From positions 147,746,001-147,810,000 of the forward strand of contig NC_042999.1 of NCBI RefSeq assembly GCF_006345805.1: a DNA stretch of 64,000 nt, given 5' to 3'. Shown piece after piece: positions 9,978-23,215 of the stretch. The translations under genes were made by a program, and so were the position numbers. Positions within the stretch are counted from its first letter, which is position 1; the number at the start of each line of letters is the position of its first letter. The DNA is from Octopus sinensis (lineage: Eukaryota). The notes beneath the pieces are model-generated. The model ran no database searches and had not been told where the DNA came from. It saw only the letters and a list, made by a program, of their open reading frames with translations.

Positions 9978-12900
9978 CTTTTTTTTCTTTTTTCAAATTT
10001 GCTTCCATTTCTTGCCGAGTGTCTTCCCGACTCCTAGGGCAAAGAAACTCATAGTATACATTGGTAGGCCATTAAACTAAACTCACTAGTTCGTTCATCT
10101 TTTAAATTTTTTTTAAAGTTAAATTAAAATACATGGGTAGTAATAGTTCTCACATCGACAATGCTCTTCTCAATACGTGTGATGTACCAGTTAAGACAAT
10201 CTTTTTCACTTCTTGCAGGAATGGTAAGCCAGGGATCATTCTCATATAATTTTCGGTTCCCTTCTTGATCATTCCTAGTGCTCCTACGATCACTGGTATT
10301 GTAACCGCCTTGAGATGCCACATTTTCTCAATTTCAATGAGCAGGTCTTTATATTTTCTGAGCTTGTCAAACTTTTTCGCCGAGATATTATGATCACAGG
10401 GGATGCTCATGTCGATCAATAAGCAAACTTTATTGTTTTGGTCTTTCACAACAATATCTGGTTTATTAGCTTTGTTGGTTCGGTCTGAATGTACTGGAAA
10501 GTCCCACAGAATCGTTACATTTTCTCCTTCAGTTACAGCTTCAGCGTGGTGATTATACCACTTGTCGGCAGTTTTGATATTGTAATGCCGACTTATTAGC
10601 CAGTGTAGATATTGGCCAACTCTGTCATGTCTTAATTTATACTCCACTGGTGCTAAGACTTTACATCCAGAGATTAGGTGGTCCACTATTTCAATCATGT
10701 CGTTGCAGAATCGGCATTTTGGGTCTGCTCCATTTTTCATCACATTGGCCTGGTAGTTCCGGGTTAATAGGCTTTGATCTTGAGCAGCCAGGACGAAACC
10801 TTCGCTCTCTGCTTTTAGCCCTGAGCTCCGTAGCCACTGATGAGTTTGCTTCAGGTCAACATCAGCTTGTTTGCTGCAGGCCACACATTTGCCGTGCAGA
10901 GGTTTCTCCTCCCACTTATCAGCCAATTGCTCGTGCGCTTTTTTCGTTGCCATTATTTTCACCTTCTTTGCAACAATAGTTGCCGTACTTCCCTCGGGTT
11001 GTTCAGTTTGGGCATCCTGCACGAGATTAATAGCACATTTTTTGCTTTCCTTTATGATAGAATGAAGCTTCTTTCGTCTCTCGTGATTTTCCACGAGCTT
11101 TAGCATCCAGTCATTCGTTATTTCGAGATATTTGGCCAGTCCGATTGTGGTTGTTTTGTAAGCTAGTTCAAATTGGATCAAGCCTCGACCTCCTTGGGCT
11201 CTGGGAAGGTAAATGCGATCTACGTCTGCCTTTGGGTGGTGCATCCTATTACAACTCAGCAGCTTGCGTATTTTCCTATCTATATTCTTTACTTCACTCA
11301 TATTCCAGTTCAATACATTGTAGCTATAAATAACAACTGGAAGTGCTAAGGAATTTATAGCTAACACCTTGTTACGTGCATTTATTTCAGATTTCAGGAC
11401 TGCACGAACTCTCCTATAACATTCCTTCCTGATCTTCTCTTTCATGCTTGCATGCTGAATACCAGAGCCTTCATTTATCCCTAAATATTTGTATGTTTGT
11501 TCTTGATCAAGCTCTCTTAAGACTGTGTCAACATTTAACACGACTGAATTTGCAGTCTTCACTTTCCCTTTCTGGAAAGTGGCCTTGGCACACTTCTCAA
11601 GGCCAAACTCCATCCCGATGTCATCGCTGAATGCTTTCACAGTGCGCAATAGACCTTCAAGTTCATTATCGTCTTTACCATAGAGTTTTAAGTCATCCAT
11701 ATAAAATAGATGGCTTATTTTTTTATTGGCAATTTTATACCCATACCCTGTTCTGTTTAATTCACTTGTAAGGGGTATTAGGGCTATGCAGAATATTAAA
11801 GGTGAAAGTGAGTCACCTTGAAAAATTCCACAGTTGATGTTTATATTTTCTGAGGCAAGTACTCCATTAGAGTGGTATAATTGGAAATTCGTATTCCACA
11901 ACGACATATTGTGCTTCAGGAAGCTTGAAATCACAGGGGAAATTTTGAAGATGTCCAGCGATCTCAAGATCCATGGATGCGGTATACTGTCGAAGGCCTT
12001 TTTATAGTCAATCCATGCGGAGCTGAGATTTCTGCGCTTGTTGTGACAGTTCTCAAGGATCATACGATTAATTATCAGTTGATCTTTGCATCCGTATGAG
12101 CCTCGGCGGCACCCTTTTTGTTCAATGGGGACAATATCGTTCTTCTCCATGAATGCATATGTTTTCTCCGCCAGGATAGATGTTAGGATTTTATATGTGG
12201 TGGATAGACAGGTTATAGGCCGATAGTTTTTTGGAAGGTTGGTTTCGTTATTCTTTGGGAGTAGGTAAGTAATATCACTTGCTAATCATTCAGGTGTTTT
12301 CTTTGGGTCTCTCATAATTCCATTGAGCAGCTGAACTAGCTTACCGTGTGCGCATGGGAGCGATGCGAGCCAGAAATTCGGCACCCTATCTTTACCGGGG
12401 GATTTCCAATTATGGGCCTTCGTGATTGCCTTTCTTAGGTCTGCTATTGTGATGTCTTCCCATGCTTGTTGTTGTAAATTTTGGTAGGATCCTTCTGTTT
12501 GTATAATCCAGTCTGCATTTATGTTGTACGTCTTTTTGTCACTGCAAATCCTTTTCCAAAAGTTTTGAACTTCTTCCATGGGAGGGGGGTCTTTAACGAT
12601 TACTTTCTCCTTCCCTATTTCTCTGTAGAATTTTTTGGCATTGGATGTGAACAGCTTATTTTGCTTGTAAAACTTGTTTCTCTTCTCAAATCTTCGTATT
12701 CTTTGGGCTTTTGCTTGGACTTTTTGTTTCAGCGTTTCTTTTATTGATATCAGTTCTTCTCTGGGTGAGGATCCAAATTTTCTCTTCATCTTTCTTCCTG
12801 TTCTGGATCTTACATCATTTCCACATATTAGTTCATTTAATATTGATATTTCCCCTCTCATAAATTCAATCTCTTTTTCAATTTTACTTCTCCAGGTTTG

Positions 12901-13212
12901 ATTTCTTCCCAGGTTTGGTTTTCTTTGTTTCTTCGGGGGCATACAGCTGGTTTCAATTGCCCAAGCAGAAGCGTAAATAATTTCATTTAACTCAGTAAAA
13001 TCAGGTTTTAATTCTTGTATTATTTCATTTGTTACACAGTTGCCAATTTGGATTTGTTTTTTATTTTGGCTTTTATTTGAAAGTTTATGAAGTGGTTCTC
13101 TATCATTCATATTTGTATGTCTTACAACTTCAAGCGTATTCAGGATTTTCTGCCTCATTTCTGCCATAGACTCTGTGTTCTTCAGCAAATGCGAGATCTT
13201 CAGTTACTATTG
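9977..13212 (-). mobile_element. R4/Dong-clade non-LTR retrotransposon, 5'-truncated, inserted in (TAA)n
   Basis: RT motifs GIFQGDSLSP, YMDDLKLY, YKYLG; CCHC finger CRFC..H..C; RHD motif; RLE motif KPDIVV..LIDMSIP..K..KY; ~170-nt 3' UTR; (TAA)n on both flanks. Confidence 0.95.
10150..13188 (-). pseudogene. R4/Dong polyprotein (RT + zinc finger + restriction-like endonuclease), ~1012 codons, interrupted by one TGA
   Basis: ORFs 12286-13188 and 10150-12150 are in the same frame, joined by 45 open codons (LASDITYLLPK..NYRPITCLSTTYKILT); TGA at 12288-12286 stands where W is expected (TPE*L). Confidence 0.93.
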
Positions 13213-13228
13213 TATTATTATTATTATT

Positions 13229-13777
13229 ACGTTTTTTTCTTATTCTTTCAAATTTGCTTCCATTTCTTGCCGAGTGTCTTCCCGACTCCTAGGGCAAAGA
13301 AACTCATAGTATACATTGGTAGGCCATTAAACCAAACTCAGTAGTTCGTTCATTTATTTTTTTTTTTTAAGTTATATTAAAATACATGAGCAGCAACAGT
13401 TCTCACATCGACAATGCTCTTCTCAATACGTGTGATGTACCAGTTAAGACAATCTTTTTCACTTCTTGCAGGAATGGTAAGCCAGGGATCATTCTCATAT
13501 AATTTTCGGTTCCCTTCTTGATCATTCCTAGTGCTCCTACGATCACTGGTATTGTAACCGCCTTGAGATGCCACATTTTCTCAATTTCAATGAGCAGGTC
13601 TTTATATTTTCTGAGCTTGTCAAACTCTTTCGCTGAGATATTATGATCACAGGGGATGCTCATGTCGATCAATAAGCAAACTTTATTGTTTTGGTCTTTC
13701 ACAACAATATCTGGTTTATTGGCCTTGATGGTTCGGTCTGTATGTACTGGAAAGTCCCACAGAATGGTTACAGAATG

Positions 13778-13780
<3 letters not shown>
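13229..13780 (-). mobile_element. Second R4/Dong copy, 3' ~550 nt only (RLE C-terminus + 3' UTR)
   Basis: Near-identical to 9977-10525; ORF 13403-13702; 11-nt duplication ACAGAATGGTT at the 5' junction; (ATT)n flanks. Confidence 0.95.
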
Positions 13781-13847
<67 letters not shown>

Positions 13848-14461
13848 ATCTATGTCTGTGCAAATAAGAAGAAAGCGCCATGTAAACCTTGTAATCTTGA
13901 TGACAAAGCCACACATTTCAAAGCTGTGCTTCCTAGAATATTAAAGAATTCGTTAATAACTGAATAACAATATAAATATCAGTCCAAACAACAACTAAAT
14001 AAGAACCGGTTAACAAATGCTTAAATGTTGGGCTTCTGTATTTATTTTTGTTCTCCTCTACTTTTTGCTCTTGATGCCTCACTAATCTTTCTCTTTTGTT
14101 CAAGGTATACACCCACAGTTATTTCGTAGCTTAAATATTGTGGCTGTAAAAACTGCATGATTGAAATATGATTTGCGAAGTAATCTTGCTCACATCTTTA
14201 ATATTTGATTGCAATTCCATCATCTCCGATGGATTAGATCTTTCTTTAGTCAGCATTAATAGAACCGAACGCAAGCAGATTTGTACATTCGTAAGAGTCA
14301 CGCGCTCATATACATACATACATACATACATACATACATACATACATACATACATACATGCATACATACATGCATACGTGTGTGTGTGTGCCTGTGCGTG
14401 TGTGTGAGCGTGTGCGTCTGTGTGTGTGTGTGTGATTGTGTGTGTGTGTGATTGTGTGTGT

Positions 14462-14496
<35 letters not shown>

Positions 14497-14534
14497 CGTG
14501 TGTGTGTGTGTGGTGTGTGTGTGTGTGTGTGTGC

Positions 14535-14578
<44 letters not shown>

Positions 14579-15485
14579 TTGTCTGTGTCTGTCCTTTTCA
14601 AAAGATTTATATTCATTTAATTTATCATCTGAAAGTACCATAATTCAGCATTGATGGACAGAAGATATAAATGTGTTGAGACAAGATCTTGCCAGATTAA
14701 ATTATTGCGATATTTTGCTCCATCATTTCAAAGGATAGAGTTCAAATTCAATTATGATTGTTTTCTTTTGGCGTTCTTCAAACCTCGATCAAATAACTGT
14801 TTCTTGTTCTGGTTCTGCAGACAGTAATCGTCTCTAGTAAACATTGCCTTTGTGTTTTTGTAAGAAAAATATTGTGTAAACAAGGTGGAACGGAAAAATG
14901 ATTTTACAAAAATGCTACACTAGCCTATCACATTCACAGAAAGGTCATTCGCCTGAGTGGCGTAACGTCGCTCAAAGACAGAATCTCCAAACCCTAATTT
15001 AATTGCTTCTGTCTTGTCTCTCCGACTTTTCTATCGTTAGTACAGTAGACCCTGGTCCCGGAATCTGCTTTCATTTCATCTCTGTTTAGAAAACGCTGAC
15101 GTATTGTCTCTCTTCCCTCATCACTCCTCTACTGTCTACAAACCTCCAAGTATTAATACAGTACTAACAACTACACGACATCGTTACTCTCAAGAATATC
15201 CGGTCTCTAGAAAGTTAGATGTTACGCTTTTAGTCCGGCAGCTGCTTATTCATAAAAGCTCAAAAGTTATGTTAAAGGTATCATTATCACCAATCTCTGA
15301 GAGCCTAGAAAGTGTTGTGCCAGTGACCTTTCTACAAGACTTCGATAATAAAAAATGCAGCGTTTATTTTCCCTTTTTCCCTATAAATATTCAGCTCCAA
15401 TGAATAGAAATGCAATCCCTCGCTGTAGAATACATGAACCTTCCAATGAACATAATCTGCAATATGTTGTGGAAAACTCTCTTAC

Positions 15486-15690
15486 TTTTTTACTCTTTTA
15501 CTTGTTTCAGTCATTTGACTTTGGCCATGCTGGAGCACTGCCTTTAGTCGAGCAAATCGACCCCAAGACTTATTCTTTGTAAGCCTAGTACTTATTCTAT
15601 CGGTTTCTTTTGTCGAACCGCTAAGTTACAGGGACGTAAACACACCAGCATCGGTTGCCGAGCGATGTTGGGGGGGAATAGACACACAAG

Positions 15691-15760
<70 letters not shown>

Positions 15761-15925
15761 CATATATACGACGGGCTTCTTTCAGTTTCCATCTACCAAA
15801 TCCACTCACAAGGCTTTGATCGGCCCGAGGCTACAGTAGAAGGCACTCCCCCAAGGTGCCACGCAGTGGGACTGAACCGGGAACCATGTGGTTGGTAAGC
15901 ATGCTAGTTACCACACAGCCACTCC
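15486..15925 (-). mobile_element. SINE family B
   Basis: Full head-to-tail match to 7689-8068. Confidence 0.9.
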
Positions 15926-16863
15926 TACGCCTGATAATAGACGTATCATAAAATTTTGTCGTTCACTTCCTAGACTATCATGACACTTATATAGTGCTCT
16001 CGTAACTTTGTTGTGTTCATAGATAAAATATTTAGCTACACAAATCCTAGTGAATATCACGAGTTGGCAATGCTAAATTCAGTTTCAATGACTGAAAATC
16101 CTTACTTGATGAGTTGGTCTCCCTAACGCCAGTGAAGCTGAAGATAGACAAATCCTAGATGATTAAAGAAGCGTATGAAAATAATTACTAATAACCAACA
16201 CAAGATTCCATGCATTCTGGAAGCTATTATAGTTGATTCCCTTGGAGCTACTGACTCCGAACAGATGAGCCGTAATTGATCTCGAGAGGATTTGAAATCC
16301 GAACACAGCCAGTATGACAAATCCAAAGCAGCAGAAACATTTCTCCCATGTTACAAGATACCTCATTAAAGAAACGTGTGAAAGAAGAAAAACGCATGAA
16401 AAAGCAGTTCCAGATAGATTATAAAAGAAATATAAAAAGATGATATTGTAATGAATGTCATACAGAAATATTTTCCAACGAGAACGATTTCAGGCTAAAC
16501 AGCAACAGATTCTAAATAGCAATTTACTTCCAACCCTAACAATTCATTTATATACGCCTCCGTGTAAATGGTGTCTATGATGAAAATATAATTAAAATAG
16601 GGGAAAATATAAGAAAGGAAAACCACAACTGACCTTATCACAATCACAACTAAGGAGGAACGATGCTGAAGGAACAAGTGCAAATATAGACCGCATTTAA
16701 TTGCGACTTTACAGGTTCTTTTACCTCATTTTCTCTGTGAAAATACTAATAAAATTCCACAAAATATTTAATAGGCACAGTAATACTTCTAACTTCCATA
16801 GCTCATCTGATTATATAATGTCGTACGATGTACAGAAAATAAATGCAATGCTTGAGAAATATT

Positions 16864-17020
16864 TCTTCTTCTTCTCTTCTTCTTCTTGGTGTTGTTGTTG
16901 TTGTTGTTCTTCTTCTTCTTCTTCTTCTTCTGCTTCTTCTTCTTCTTCTTCTTCTTCTTCTTCTTCTTCTTCTTCTTCTTCTCCTTCCTCTTCTTCTTCC
17001 TCTTCTTTTTCTTCTTTTCT
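16864..17020. repeat. (TTC)n/(TTG)n compound microsatellite
   Basis: Read directly; source of the poly-E/K/S/F ORFs. Confidence 0.95.
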
Positions 17021-18235
17021 AATCCAATCAGATTTATAATTCCCACCTTTCTTACTGTATATATTATACAACAAAGTCTAAACTCTCTAATCCTCCTCAA
17101 TGGGGTTTTAGGAGATGCTAAGATTTCATTTGAGTGACATTCTCAGCGATTTCTATCAAACCGAGCAGCAATATACCCACTTATTCAGGGAGACGAAAAA
17201 CATTAGAACGCAGGGAAGAGAACGTAGTCGGGACGGGATTGAAGCTACTCATTAATGCACATTCGTAAGCTACTCTGAAGTCCTCGGTTATTATGTCTCG
17301 ACTTGGGCAGAATTAGAATTCAGATGTGTCTAATTACGGCTCCGCTCATGTTTGTACTTCCACCGTAATTATAATAATGTTACATGGAATGTCTTCAGTT
17401 AAGCACTGCAAACTATTAAGCGTCTGAGGCGGAAAAACTAAACAAAGAAAATATGTGTTTCTATATGATACTATGACCAAGCTTGTCTTTTGACATAGTA
17501 ATCACATGTTAAAGATATGAATTTCTCGAAAGAAACAACTATTATCAGAAATTATACAAAGAATAGAACGGAGAATTTTCTTTTACTTGTTGCTAATCAA
17601 CAACTTGTGGTTAACAAGAAAAGGGAAAAAAATTAATAAATAACGATTTAAAAAAGAATTTTTTTTTACTTTTCGTTTCGTTTTGTTTTTAAAACTACAA
17701 ACTAAAAGCAACTTATGAAACTAAAGATAGTTAAAAGAGAAAACTTAGTAGCAGATATCATAGTGAAATGATCACAAGAAACCTTTTTCATTTTTACAAA
17801 AGCAGCTATTAGATTAGTGAATAAAACTTTAAAATAAAAGTGAATTAATTGGTTTTAATGAAAAGTCTGAATTCATATGGGCGTTGTAAATTTACATATG
17901 AAATGGTAGTTACTAACTGCTAAAATAGTTTTTATCTTTATACAATTTTAAATTTTAAATATCGGATCAAACAAACAAAATTCTCATCCGGTGTTCTTGT
18001 GATAATTAAATTTCCTTTTAAAATTGTATCACCGTTTTATATGCATGTTTGCGTCTGGAGTGGGGTGTATGTATGTCTTGGTGTGTGCTGGGTTATGATT
18101 TTACGCATAAATAACACACGCACACATATGTATATACGTGTGTGTATGTGTGTTTGTGTGTATATATATATAAATAAATATATATATATATATACAGATA
18201 GATAGATAGATAGATAGATATACAAACACACATAT

Positions 18236-18270
<35 letters not shown>

Positions 18271-18339
18271 ATATATATATACATAAACATATGTATGTAT
18301 ATAAATGTATAGTAGTTTGAAATAACCTATAGCCAAAGT

Positions 18340-19200
18340 AACATAAACCAATCGAACTTAAGTTGTAAAAACTTTATGAAAATTTATCCAAAATATATCA
18401 ATGTTTGCCTCAAGATTTATCCCCGATTAAGCATGGATTTGATTAAACCATCAATGATGGGCCGTTCCATAGTTATTCACTCTTCAGTCAGTGCTTCTTT
18501 CAAACCTGTAATTCGTGTGATTTTCGATAGTTTACTCATAAAGTTTTACGAATATTTTTCCTGTGCGTATTCCATTGGATTGAGATCAGATCTGCGTTGA
18601 AACCTTTTCAGAGACTTGACTCTATTATTTCTTTGACAAACTTACGATACCTCGCTTGTATTACATTAAGTTCCAGCTTCCTGACAAAGATTGTTCTTCT
18701 TATCAATTACTAAACTGGCAAAGATGAATAATAGACATTTTTCGATTACTTTACAGTATTTGAGCCATTTCAGTGATTTTCAACAAAACCGATTTATAAT
18801 CTGTCTGCACATGAATAACGATCAAAACTCATTTTTCTATTGGCAGGATTAAAACTATTTGTCTTATAAGCATATGAAGAATCTTTAACCAGCTTCTGTC
18901 ATCTATACCCATGATCTTTCAAAGATTTTCTTACGCAATATGCTTATATATTCATAGTACTTATAACGTATCTAATAGCTACTAAGAAGCAACTTTGTGA
19001 GCTCTTCCCTATTTCGTCTGTAATGTTCTTCTTCAATTCACCTCTTATTCGCGTTTTGATTATTAATACCGAATATTTGAGATATTTCTTGATTGTACTT
19101 TGGAAAATAATATTTATCCATACCTTACCCGCTTTTACATTCATCAATATTTTGGTTTCCTTCCACAATGAATTTAATGTATGACACTTACAATCCTTTA
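18340..19200 (-). pseudogene. Decayed Tc1-like transposase
   Basis: Minus-strand fragments DLNPMEY (cf. SPDLNPIENLW) and LKEALTEE*ITMERPIIDGLIKSMLNR (cf. Tc1 C-terminus); many stops and frameshifts. Confidence 0.55.
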
Positions 19201-20703
19201 ACCGTAAAATTTAATAAAAAAGTAAAAAAAGGCATTAGGAACTATCGAAATTAGACTCAGAACAATAGCAGAAAATGTAAGATACTACGGACTATAAAAG
19301 GTCTCTACAATCGGGAATAACTTCAAAATGCTGAAGAGCATGCAAAAAATGAACCAAGTTGGCCACGCGCAGTAACATCGCAAACAGATCAATAACAAAA
19401 GAAGCTTATAAGTGTAAATGGACATTCCATCATCCATAGCAGCATTAGAAATCATTGTATATAAAGAGACTGGCTGCTTATTTCTCCGTGATTGGTCGAA
19501 ATATGTAGACACCGCTGATAAGAATCCAATAAGGTCTGAAAACCGTTAAAAGCTGTTCATCTGTTCATTATTTTCAATCTACCGAGAAATAGTCGAATTT
19601 GTCATGTTTATATATCTACTACGTAGGTTTATATATATATATATATGAGCGCATGTGTGTATGTGTCTGTGTACGTGTGTGTGTATGAATGTGCATGCAT
19701 GCATACATGCACTTATGAATACTTGCATAAAAAGATGCCAATTATATATGTGTATACGTGTATGTAAGTGTGTTTGTATATCTATAGGTATGTGTATATG
19801 TGTACCTACTTATTTATCTCTTACCTTCATATCAATGACCATGTCCCTCTTTACTCCTCTCTTAACTACTATCCTAGCACAACTGTATCTCTTACTTCCT
19901 CTTCTCTTCTACCAATATTTCGTTCTAAGTTTCACGAACTAATTTTTGTCTACATAAATACATTTATTTTCAAAACTAAACATCCTTTTTTTTATCTCAA
20001 AATACCTTTGCACTTAATTCCCCACCATTCTCTACATGACTTTTCATGCATGAAGAAATACCATTTTCATAAGCATAATTTCAATCCTGAACCTTTAGAA
20101 ACAATTTTTCAAAAAATCAATACAATTTTAATAACAAGGAAGAATATAGAGTAAGTTGAGTTTAAATATTTAAGAATAACAATGACAGGAAACATAAGGC
20201 TGAAAAAAGAAAGGAAATAATGTTTCGCTGCAGCTCACCCGGTTTTTCCTGTTTGGAGAAACATAAAGATTATAAAAATTGTTTCTGTTTTTTTAAGTAA
20301 CATTACTGAATTTCACTGCGCTTCAGTAAGTGCAATTTAAGATCATTTCATGATATATGCAAGGCAAATATCATGGCTTTGAAATGTAATATTAAATATT
20401 GCTTAGCATTCCATGGAATTCAACATAACTTTAGAAAAGTAATTGTTGGAAGGATACTCAAAATTGAAAGACCACGTCACTTGTCAAAACCGGAAAATGA
20501 AGTGATTTGGTCAATACTTAGAATACTTAGAAACGGTCGAATATGGTGATACATGGAGAGGCCCCGATAAATGTTGAGCAACGTTAATGATAGGGCAGAA
20601 AAGCGATAGATGAAGGTGGTTGATAATTAGTAAAGTGAAAGTTAGAAGGTTGGTGGAAAACACCAACAATCATTTGAAATGAGCTAAATGTGTACTTAAT
20701 CGC

Positions 20704-20777
<74 letters not shown>

Positions 20778-20780
<3 letters not shown>

Positions 20781-21040
20781 AGTTAATCCAAACATGAAAT
20801 CAAACAGAGAAAACACAACAACGCGAGGACGTGGAACAACTATAGTGTTATTGGACGCTCCGAAAAGAAAAAGAAAGAAGGAGGGTTTAACGTTTCGAGC
20901 GGAGCTCTTCGTCAGAAACATAGAAAAAGGAAAGATTCATGGAAGGAAAGACAGACGAAAGAAAAATGGCCAACGGTACACACACGGTCACATGTGTTCT
21001 TAAATGGCCTATACACATTTTCCACTACTTACACACACGC
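20778..21040 (-). mobile_element. Penelope-like pseudo-LTR-type fragment with minimal hammerhead
   Basis: Bounded by (TA)n/(CA)n; HHR related to the repeats at 23035, 53335 and 60170. Confidence 0.6.
20885..20919 (-). ncRNA. Minimal type I hammerhead (GUU triplet, loopless ACGU stem III)
   Basis: Minus strand GTTT-CTGACGA-A-GAGC(tcc)GCTC-GAA-ACGT-T-AAAC. Confidence 0.8.
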
Positions 21041-21579
21041 ACGCACGCACACACACACACACACACACACGTGTATATATATACATATATATATATATGG
21101 GTCCAATTAAATGCAGTTAGATCCAATCTAAATGGATTTAATTGGACCCTCCCACCCTTCTGGATATAATGATCCGCAACAAATACCATTGATGAAGAAC
21201 ATCTTTCTTCCACTGTCTAGCCCGTATCTCTGCGATGAAGGAACACCCAACTTACAGTGTCTTCTTTCGATACGATACTCCAATATCTACGATATCCCAG
21301 AATCACCGATCAGAGTCTATTTTTTATGATTTTTTTTTTATCATTTGATGTGGAGCTAAATTTAAATTGAATTAAATTTAATTAATTGTCCTTGTCATGC
21401 CTTGCTTAATTGTTAGCCTCTAGCCATTTTATACGAGGTACCTTTAGCCGTTTTGAACAACGCAATCACATAACCACAACTTAAACTGCTGTTCAAACTG
21501 GAATTTTGGTGGCACACCTATTTGAGCACTCAGAGCACATACCCATTAGTTTGAATCATCCTGAAGAAAACTTTTCGTA

Positions 21580-21673
<94 letters not shown>

Positions 21674-22653
21674 TTCTCTCTTTCTGTATCTATCTATCTA
21701 TTTATCCCCCTTTCTCTTTCTCTGTCTCTATATCTCCCTTTCTCTATCACGCTCTCTGTATATATATATATATATATATGCACAGATGCACGCATACGCA
21801 TACACACATACACAAACATACACACATATGTATGTGTGTGAGTTTGTATGTATATATTTTAGAAGGATTGGAATATGTGATCTTTGTTTCAATATATAAT
21901 TACTCAGTAAATTTTACAATTCATTATAAATTTCACTTTGTATGCATTATTTGCTCATTTAAAAATAACATCTACATGCATACAATTGATAGCTGAATTA
22001 TGCAGATGTGTTTCATTGAGAGACAGCTTGAATTATAATCTCTTGTATATTCTATATGTGTGTGCCTGTGTATTGTGTTTTTCATGTGTGTTTGTGTGTG
22101 TATTGTGTGTGTGTATGTGTGTGTGTGTATTGTGTGTTCTTGTGTAGTATGTAAATATGGTTTAGAATTAGAGCAAGAAATGTTTCCTCTCTTAATTGTA
22201 GATGCATATTTATATAAGCATTAGTCAAGATGTACTTGGCATGTGTGTTACGACAAGTTATTCAGGTGGATATTTCCGTTTATTTATCGTTACCGCAAGT
22301 TAAAACAAACTGTAGGAAGTGAAGAAAACCAATAATCGTTTCTCTATTTAAATAAGTGCTCCATGTCTATTCACTTCATCTGTTTCTATGCACAATATTA
22401 TAGTACAAATAGTATTTCCATTTCTTTACTGTTGCAAAACAAACTGCATAATTTTACTCCAGATCGTCTAAGCGTAGCGGTGAAATGGGGTTTTAAGAAT
22501 TTTTTTCGTTAAAATTATCTTTGAATAGCATCTATTTCATCACTTTTCTCTAATGCATGCATCTATCAATGTGTATGTGTGTGTACGTGTACACACACAC
22601 ACACACACACGTATATATATCAGAAGGTTTGGAGATGATGTACAGGTATTATA

Positions 22654-23017
22654 TATTAGAAGAAATGAGGTACTCAGAAATCTGGATGGTTCTATATTTA
22701 CAGATATTTATTAGTATGTTACATGTTTTTATATATCATATATCATACATCATATAAAAGCGCTTTCGTCCACTCTAGTGGAGTCTTCAAATTGAACTAA
22801 GTTTTGTAGAAATTTTGACTCTTCTTATAGTATTATTGAGTGTGTAGTGGAGTCAAAATTTCTACAAAACTTAGTTCAATTTGAAGACTCCACTGGAGTG
22901 GACGAAAGCGCTTTTATATGATGTATGATATATGATTTATAAAAACATGTAACATATTAATAAATATTTGTAAATATAAAACCATCCGGATTTCTGAGTA
23001 CCTCATTTCTTCTAATA
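22654..23017. repeat. Long inverted repeat: 168-bp arms (22654-22821 / 22850-23017), 28-nt spacer, 6 mismatches
   Basis: Arms aligned by hand; each carries a hammerhead-like TTGAAGA-CTCCAC(n4)GTGGAC-GAAAGCGCT-T motif. Confidence 0.95.
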
Positions 23018-23034
23018 CACACACACATATATAT

Positions 23035-23215
23035 ATAGGTAGAATTTATGGAAAAACAAGACGAAGACAGGTGTATGGACAACAAGCAAGTGTATTAGTT
23101 TGACGCTCTGGAAAAATGAAAGGTCTTTCACGTTTCTATCCTACGCTCTTCAAAGGCAAGGAATAAGAGGAAATAAACAGACAGAGAATGGAAGAAAAAG
23201 ACGTGTACACATTCG
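23035..23215 (-). mobile_element. Penelope-like fragment with degenerate minimal hammerhead
   Basis: Homologous to 53335-53530; minus strand TTGAAGAGCGTAGGATAGAAACGTGAAAG near 23123-23156. Confidence 0.6.

Noticed and set aside
13860-14870. Coding-like minus-strand stretches around microsatellites
   Set aside because: Stops in all frames, no recognisable domain and no consistent splice sites.
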